This document shows positions 40,901 to 49,900 of a stretch of 64,000 nt of DNA, piece by piece; position 1 is the stretch's first letter, and every line of letters starts with the position of its first letter. The stretch lies in contig JAQGDQ010002387.1 in assembly GCA_030141605.1 (NCBI GenBank), forward strand, positions 124,001 to 188,000. Direction: 5' to 3'. The notes below the pieces were generated by a model, which worked only from the letters and a program-made list of their open reading frames with translations, was not told the DNA's origin and made no database searches. The translations under genes and the position numbers were made by a program. Source of the stretch: Tubiluchus corallicola (Eukaryota > Animalia > Priapulida).

Positions 40901-43900
40901 GGACAACACCACGTCCAGCAGTGTGAAAACTTCTGCAACAAACTTAAGCAGGTTTGATTTGCATGCCTTGAAAATTAAAGAACAGAAACTAAAATTACAA
41001 GCCATGGAAATCAAACATTTGAGCCTGCAAAAGGCTAGTCAGGGTTCTGCTAGTTCAGATGTGGCTTCGCCTGTAGCCAAAGAAATATCAAGTGCAGAAA
41101 AGGTCAATGAGTGGATTGAAAAGTCACACAAAGATGTCACAGAAGTCTCGTCACCTGAAGGGCTCATCAAACCCGAAGCTTACGTTACTATGGCTACCAA
41201 TGATAAATACGCCATAGGTGCTCTAGTACTGGCTTCTTCGCTATGTAATGTTGGTATTACACTTAGTTTAGCGATATTAATTACAACTGGAATTTCTAAA
41301 CCCATAATGACGCAGATAAGCGCCACCTTTGATCACGTGGAGCTTGTGGAAGCTATTGACAGTTCACATGTAAAAAGTCTACAATTACTAGGACGGCCCG
41401 AATTAAAGGTGACTTTTACAAAACTGCATTGTTGGAGGCTAACTCAGTTCTCAAAATTTGATTTTTGGATTCTGATGTAATTGTCCTGCAAAACATAGAT
41501 GATTTATTTAGCTGGAACGAACTGTCAGCAGTTGCAGATATTGGCTGGCCTGATTGTTTTAATAGCGGACTTTTCGTTTTTGAACCTAATCTTAGCACGT
41601 ACAGTGAATTGAGGTCATTCGCTCAGTCAGATTCAAGCACATTCGACGGTGGAGAGCAAGGTCTACTAAACCAGTATTTTAAAGCCTGGAATACAGCTTT
41701 TGATAAACGATTGCCATACAGGTATAATGTAGCAGTAAAGCAGTTTCGAGAAAGTGTCAAGGTTGCTCATTTCATGGGTCCTAGTAAGCCCTGGGACAGT
41801 ATACGCAGCATTTATCACAAGCAAGTGGCGCCAGCTACAGGTAAAACAGACTTTGAATCTGAAATGTTAAATATTTGGTGGTCACTTTACATTCATGAGG
41901 TCGAACCAAACTGGCCTCATGAATTAGAACTAATAAATAAAGCTAATGTTCAGCAGCACATTCCTACCCGAACAAAACTCAGTCCTGATGCACCTGAATT
42001 TGCCACTCGCTTACATGACAGGAGCAGTGTTCATAGAAAATTATACACATGATGACGGGGCGAGATATACCAGGCTTTTACAATTTTGCACGGGCGAAGC
42101 AAAACGGGTTGTCGAAAGTTGCAGTTATATGGACCCGCAGATCGCATACAGTCATGCTAAGCAAATGCTTATTGAACGTTTCGGGTCACCCTTTATTGTA
42201 ACACAAGCGTGGTTGGCTAAAATAAATGAGTTTGCAGTCATAAAAATAATGAAAAGGAAAAACTCAGGGAATTTTCTGACTTGATGATTGGTTGTGTAGA
42301 GACATTAAAGGCCATGGACAATTTAGCCGAAATAAATACACAAACAAGTTTGCTTCAAGTCATTAAGAAACTCCCATTCCGTTTGCAAGACAAATGGAGA
42401 GACGTTGTTACCAAGTTAAATAAACATGATGGCAGAAATCCTACAATTTACGACGTGGTGGGATTTGTCAAAGAGGCGACTGAAAAAATAAACCATCCCG
42501 TGTTTGGTGACCTTGCAACCGGTGGTCAAATGAACATTACAAAACGCAAGAATAAATTAGCAACTAGGAATTTCGCATGCACTACCTTTCGAACAAGAAG
42601 TTCATCCAGAGAAGAAAAATCGAGTCAAACAGGCGGAACGCCAAAGGATAGAAAATTAAGCAGTAGAGATGTCAGAAAATGTGTTCTGCAACTCAGCCGA
42701 GCATGTTTCTCTAAAAAACTGTGAACAGTTTAAAGACAAGTCGGAAGAAGAGAGACTACAGTTTGCTCGGAAAAGTCGCTTATGTTTTAACTGCTTACAG
42801 AAAGGGAACCAAAGAGCTGGAAGCTGTTACAAACCAGGCTGTACAAGACAGGGATGCAGAAGAAAACATTCTGCTCTGCTTCATGACGCTCTGGAGAAGT
42901 GGGCTCCTTCCAATGGCGAGAGGTCAACAAATGTTGAAGCAACAAGTTGCGCTGTCACTACAACCAAACTGTCAACAAGGGCTGTGCTCCCCATCACTCC
43001 TGTAAAGGTACAGGTGCAAGGCGGACGTCCAATTCAGACAATGGCTTTGTTGGACCCAGGATCAACTAATACGTTCTGTTCCAAGGCCATATATGATGAG
43101 CTGGGAGCTGTTGGCAAGAAACAAGTCGTGTCACTGACTACAATTGAAAAGAAGCATTCAAAAATACATACTTCTGTGACCAAGATGTACGTCAGTAAGT
43201 TGGATGGATCAAACAAAATGAAACTTCCCTTTGTCTTTGTCAGGCCATCTTTGATGTTGGATGTGACTGACTATTTGGTAGACGAACAAGACATTAGTAA
43301 CTGGCCTCATCTCAAAGATGTTCCTTTGACGCTAGCTGATTCACGTGAACTGCAGCTCGGGTTAATTATAGGACAAGACGTCTCTGATGCATTAATGCCT
43401 TTAGAAACACGCTGTGGGCCAAGAGGAGTTCCGTATGCAACAAGGACTAGACTTGGATGGACATTAAATGGCCTGATAGGAGGCGGCAATGAGGACACTA
43501 AAAAGCTGTCAAACAACCTTCTTCAGGCAGAACAGGTTACCAGCCAGCGACAAGTCGAAAAATTTTGGAAAATGGACGCTGTTGACGATAGCATACAGTA
43601 CTCCCATGACGATAAGTTGGCGCTGAGCATTTGGGAGAAGTCCATCACCAAAAGAAATGGTCACTACGAATTGGAGATACCTTTTAAGTCTAATGATGAC
43701 AACATTCCTGACAGTTTTCAAATGGCTTCAAAGAGGTTGGCAAGCCTTCGCTGTAGACTCAGCAAGAATAAGTTGTTGCATGAAAAATACTCCCAAGCCA
43801 TGGCTGATCTGCTCCAAAAGGGATACGCAGAAGAAGTTGTTGAACATGATACGAATGTTGCAACATGGTACTTGTCACATTTTCCAGTTTTTAATGAGAA

Positions 43901-46900
43901 CAAACCCGAAAAAACTAGGATCGTATTTGATTGTTCGGCAACAGAAGACGCAGTCTCTCTCAACATGTTGGCACTACAAGGTCCAGATCTGACTAATAAA
44001 TTGCTTGGTGTCCTGCTATGCTTTAGAAAGTATCCAGTAGTAATCATGGCTGATGTTCGTGAGATGTTTCACCAGGTGTACGTAGCACCGAAGAATAGGG
44101 ACATGTTGAGATTTCTCTGGTGGAATGATGGAAACCTAGATGCGCCACCCTCCATATTTCGAATGACAGTCCACCTTTTTGGCGGTGTGTGGTCGCCCAG
44201 CGTAGCTTCATTTGCTCTCCAACAGACAGCTAGAGATAACGTCAACTGTTTTGATGAGCATGCATTAAATACGGTGGTACATAGCTTCTATGTCGACGAC
44301 CCCTTTAAATCTGTGGAAACTGCAAAAGAACCAATCGATTTGATGTCAAAATTAATACAGATTCTAGACACTGGAGGTTTCCACTTGACCAAATGGATGA
44401 GTAACGACAGAGACGTATTAGCATGTGTGCCAATTGAAGAACGAGGAAAGAACATTAAGAATCTTGATCTAACCCAGGACGATCTACCAAATGAACGAGC
44501 CTTAGGGGTTAAATGGGATGTCAAAAGCGATATACTTGGCATTCAGGTTAAGCTGCGAGAAAAGCCAAGCACCAAGCGGGGACTACTTAGGTCATTAGCA
44601 AGCACCTATGATCCCCTAGGCATGGTCTCGCCTTTCATTTTACAAGCGAAAAGACTGTTTCAGAACGAATGCCGGATCCAGGAAAAATCATGGGATGATA
44701 GACTGGAAGAAGAGACTGAGAAAAGTTGGGATAAATGGAAATCTGATTGTCCTGCACTAGAATACTTTACGCTAGACAGATGCCTGAAGCCAAGAGATTT
44801 TGGAAGAATTGCTGACTTGCAGCTGCATCACTTCAGCGATGCATCCCAGTATGCTTACGGCACTGTAACTTATGCACGGATGGAAAATGCTGATGGAGTT
44901 GTACACACAGCATTTGTAATGGCAAAGTCTAGGCTAGCACCTATGAAAAGCCTAACCATACCACGCCTTGAGTTGTGCACAGCAGTATTAGCCTCAACTG
45001 TCGACAAACAACTGAGAAGAGAATTGTCCATACCCATCAGCGAGTTCGTGTTTTGGTGTGACAGCACTATAGTGCTTCAATACATACGCAACACCACAAG
45101 ACGTTTCCATACTTTCGTGCAAAATAGAGTGACTACCATACTAGAAACTTCGTCGCCAGTTCAGTGGCATTATATCAGTACCGCAGATAATCCAGCTGAT
45201 GACGTATCCCGAGGAATGGACGCCAATGCCTTAGTAAAATCTCAGCGTTGGAAATATGGTCCTAGTTTTCTGCGAAAAGCCCAACATGAATGGCCGCAGC
45301 ATGATCCGAGCAAAGAAAATGATGAACTTAACGACGATAAAGAAGTCAAGCAGACGACATGTTCCACTACTGTAAAACACATACAGGATAGAAACGACAC
45401 AATTAGCAAGCACATTGAACATTTTTCGTCATTTTACAACCTCAAGAAAGCAGCAGCTTGGATTCTTCGTCTGAAGGACATTTTGCAAAAGAAGATCAGA
45501 GGAGAAAAACCTGAAGTACCTCCAAAGTTAACAGTGCAAGAGCTGACAAGAGCTCAAGATGCATTAGTAAAATTCGTTCGGACTCAGAACTTTGGCATGG
45601 AATATAAGGCGCTTACACAAAAATCTGCTAAATTGATGCGCATCCCTAAATCAAGCAGGCTACGAAAACTTGATCCGTTCATTTGCGAGAAGGGTTTGCT
45701 ACGTGTTGGTGGACGACTGAAGGCGCCAGGCACCCTATGATATTACCGAGAAAGCATAAGCTGTCAGAGCTAATCATTCGTCATTACCACGAAACGAACG
45801 GCCACATTGGCAGGGAACATGTCATAGCTTTAGTAAGAAATGAATTTCGGATAATTCATGCAAGAGCCTTGGCACGCAAAGTCCTGTACGAATGCCGACA
45901 TTGCAGGCTTCGCAAGCCATCTTTCCTTGATCAAAAGATGGCAGATTTGCCTATTGACAGACTACAGCCATCAGACGCTTTTACCACTATTGGCATTGAT
46001 TGTTTTGGCCCGATACAGACCAAGAGAGGTCGCTCACACATTAAACGCTATGGAGTCATCTTTACATGCCTAGCTACACGCAGTATTCACTTGGAAGTCC
46101 TATTTGACATGTCCACTGATTCGGTTATAAAGGCGATTAACAGATTTTGCTGCCGCCGAAGGAAGCCAGACAAAATCAGGTCAGATTGTGGGACTAATTT
46201 TGTAGGAGCAAGCAGAGAGCTGAGAAAGTCTATAGCCGAGTGGAACAATGACGTCATACATTCAGAGCTTCTTCAGCGGCAAATAGAATGGCAATTCAAC
46301 CCACCAAGAGCCCCACACATGGAAGGTGTTTGGGAGTCTCTCATTAAGAGTGTGAAGAAGATTCTCTTTCCAACGAACAAACCTTGGATGATGAAGGCTT
46401 GGCAACCCTGTTTTGTATAGTTGAAAATATAGTTAATAGCAGACCGCTAACTACAGTTTCTGACGATGTTGACGACTTCAATCCGTTGACTCCGAATCAC
46501 TTTCTTCAGATCAGCGCAGTTCCAAACCTGCCTTTGGGAAAGTTTTGTCAGGCAGATCTCTTTCGACGAAAGTGGAGACAAATACAGTATCTCTCGGATA
46601 TCTTTTGGCGCAGATGGTTGACTGAATATTTGCCCACTCTACAGACTCGAAGCAAATGGAACAAGGAGCAGAAGAATGTTGAAATAGGAGACATCGTATT
46701 AGTTCTGGATGAGACACCAAGGAATCACTGGATGCTAGGACGGATCATTGAAGCACGGAAAAGCAGTGATGGACTAGTGAGAAGTGTGATGTTGAAGACT
46801 AGAGATGGGACTCTAAAACGACCAATTCATAAAATAAGTTTAATCGAATGTAACAATTAGTTGATTTTGTTAAGCATTCATAAACTGTATGTTTAAGTTA

Positions 46901-49900
46901 AACTTTGAAGTAGATGTATGTCAATTTAGTCAGTCATGATATGTTATTACACTGTTGGTTTCCTTTAATTTTGTAAATGCTGCAGGAGAGCATTTAAGGA
47001 GGCAGTGTTTTGGATATAAGCACGTGGTGCCTCCTGGTGTTTGTTTTTCCTAGTTTAGACAGGTGAGCTAGGTCAGGAAATAGGCCATTGGCCTCATTTC
47101 ACAGTTAGCATATGAAATAAGTGAGTCACCGGTATGCGGCAAAGATGTAAGTTTCATTTCTTCACATTTCGTCATGTCATATTATTATTAATTATCATTA
47201 TACCAGTTACTTAATGTTTTGACGTTGGTTTAGCAGAAAGAATTTTTAATTTTTCTTCAGATAAAACGAAGTCGAACGCATGTCGTGTACACTAGGTAAT
47301 AGGAATGCTTCAGAAAAAAGAACCAAACTGTAAACACTGAAAAGTTAAAAAGAGCTTCAGATGAATTTTTTCAATGTGCGCCATTTTACAGTGTCTGTGT
47401 GGGCCAGTAAGTGGCGTACTCTACCGGCGTTGTTTTGTAACTTTTGATTTTCTTTCGAAACGCGGCACAAATAGCAAAGAAGGGTTGCAGTTTATACAAT
47501 GAAAATTGGAACATACGATACTTTGAGGCTTCATACTGTACAAAAAATATGACTGTATGAAGAAGAAAGCCAATGTTCTAGCACATTAAGTGCTTGTTAA
47601 GAACAATAATTTTCTTGCTTGTAGTCCTTCGTTGTTTTGAATACATGACTTTTTGTATCATGCAACTTTGAAGGTTTTTGACTTTCCAGCAGATTTCACT
47701 TTAAAGATGTTTTCACGTGTCAGCTCCAAGATGCGTAAAGATTAGGAAACTTGAAACTTTGAAGCCCTGTACATTTCCTTGAGTACTGTTTCTTTCAGTT
47801 GCTCAGCACATATATACACTCACATACTGACTGACCTTACTGACTAACCAGCTAACTAGCTATGATTTACTTAGTGTCGGTTAGTTATTTAATTAGTTAG
47901 TGTTGGTCTAGCTAAGCTAATCAGAGAGTCAATCAATTAGTTTTGGCAATTTTGTGGTATGGCAGGTTTGGTGGTATGGCAGGTTTGGCGATATGGCACA
48001 TTTAGCACTATGGCGGTATAGCAGGTTTGGCAATGTGGCATTTGGCGGGTGGTGTTGGTATGGGAAGGAGGTAGAGTGTCGACAATGGGACTGATATAGG
48101 AAGGTAGAAGGGTGTTAGGGTGTGAGGAAAACCACCTAAACTGCAAGTGCGCCACAATGGCCCGAAATAAAGACCACCGAGCATTCCCTTTGGAATGCCG
48201 CTATGAACATTAATCCACTCATAGATAATACATTTAAAACTCCTGACAAAGACAATTTGTTACCTAGAGTCTTAATTGATACAAAGGATCACATTTCAGC
48301 CCCTTTAGCACATGTTATAAACTTATCCCTCGAAAATGGATGTATTCCTAATAAGCTAAAGGAGTCGGTAATTGTTCCTTTGTTTAAAGCTAAGAACCCT
48401 ATGGACTTGAGGAATTATAGACCCATCTCCCTCCTACCATTTTTTCTAAAATTTTTGAAAACTTTTTGAGTTCAGTTGTCAGATTACCTAAACAAAAAAA
48501 AATATTATTAATACAGAACAGTTTGGGTTCAGGAAAGGTTGTTCAACTGAAATAGCTTTAGTTAAAATTGTAGAAAACAAAATAATTAAATACAGAAGGT
48601 AAAAAAGGTCACTTGGTATTTTTTGCTACCTGTCAAAAGCTTTTGACTCGGTCGATCATGATATACTACTATCAAAACTATTTTACTATGGAATCAGGGA
48701 CAAGGCTCATCAGCGGTTAGAAAATTACCTTAAAGAGCATACACAAGTAGTTAAATATAATGGTTGTTTCTCTTCAGAAAAAATATAACTCATGGTGTGC
48801 CGCAAGGGTCAATTTTGAGACCACTTTTGTTCTAAATATATATAAATGATTTATTACATTTCCTAATTAGTTCTGTGGAAGTTGTAACTGTATATTTTTA
48901 GGTGCTGCCATCTATTAACTAATCACTTTACATTTTACCAGCTAAACTCACCCATAATATAATTGTTCGGTCCAGTGAATATGCATACTCACTGGATCTC
49001 TCCCTATTTTACTGTAATGGTATTTGTGAAGCCAAGTTTGCATAATTACCTATACCTATATATACTGACTGGATTCTACTTCTAGTCACTCTCTGTCTCA
49101 CTCTCAATGCAGTGCAGAAGTCATGCTAGTCGTGCTACACAACTGTCTAACTCACACTCTGTGCAGTGCAGCAGTCGTGATCCTCATTTTACTTACTGTC
49201 TAACTCTCAGTGATCAGTGCAGGACATTCTTGTCCTCAGTGTGCAGTGTAGCAGTCATTCTACATATGTGTATGTAGTCTAATAAATGTTTCAGTTTTGT
49301 GCAGATATGTGGTATAGTGTTTTATTCTTTTTCTACAAAGTGTTCAACTACAACTTCATACAAGACTTTCACAAGTTCCAAAATGATTCAATATGCTGAC
49401 GACACTAGCCTCCTTTTTAATATTAATCAGTTCAATGCGCAAAACACAGACAAGATAAATGATGAACTCGAACAAATTCCTATGTGATTCAAAATTAATA
49501 AGCTTTCCCCAAATCCGTCAAAAACTAAATACATTGTTTTTAGGTCGCGTTATAAAAATATTCTAAGTAATATTGACATCAACATAGCTCAGGTGCCCAT
49601 AACATGAGTAAATGAAATGAAATTTTTAGGTGTAATCATTAATGAATTTTTAGATTGGCAAGCACACATTAATAAGCTATGAGTTAAAATGTCTAAAAAC
49701 ATAGGAATTATTTAACATATAAAACAATATACTTCCAAAAAAACATATGATTTCACTATACAGTAGTCTTGTTTTGCCATATCTGACCTACTGTGCAATC
49801 CTGTGGGGTACAACGTATGCCAGTGTGTTAAACAGTATGACAACGCAAATGCAACCGTCAGATGTATAACTTACGGAAAAGATTCCAGATAGGCAACAAT

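Larger units (their letters stand above)
40291..47291 (+). mobile_element. Full-length BEL/Pao LTR retrotransposon (7001 bp) with a captured glycogenin domain in gag; antisense within UBE2W intron 1
   Basis: Two 286-bp direct repeats TGT...ACA; 5-bp TSD CTAGG at 40286-40290 and 47292-47296; order gag-Zn knuckles-protease-RT-RNaseH-integrase with BEL/Pao motifs ([69 protein letters not shown]); purine tract before the 3' LTR. Confidence 0.97.

Noticed and set aside
41450-41480. Programmed -1 ribosomal frameshift inside the glycogenin domain
   Set aside because: No in-frame X XXY YYZ heptamer; restoring one base (GA to GTA, Val) rebuilds the K-x-V-F-x-D-x-D motif, and similar lesions occur along the element.
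41175-41910. The host glycogenin gene, or an independent processed pseudogene
   Set aside because: It has no introns, UTRs, poly(A) tail, own TSD or C-terminal tail; it is trimmed to the catalytic domain, fused to Gag sequence and lies between the LTRs.
42721-46720. Short overlapping and antisense ORFs within pol (e.g. 42721-43005, 43718-44047, 44288-44542, 46511-46720)
   Set aside because: Shadow frames of the long pol ORF with no recognisable motifs.
47310-47384. Minus-strand aaaATGGCG as the UBE2W start
   Set aside because: It reads into a stop without a suitable donor; 50737-50723 gives MASMQ with a phase-0 GTCAGT donor.
47954-48050. CRISPR-like array
   Set aside because: Degenerate contiguous minisatellite without unique spacers, in eukaryotic DNA.
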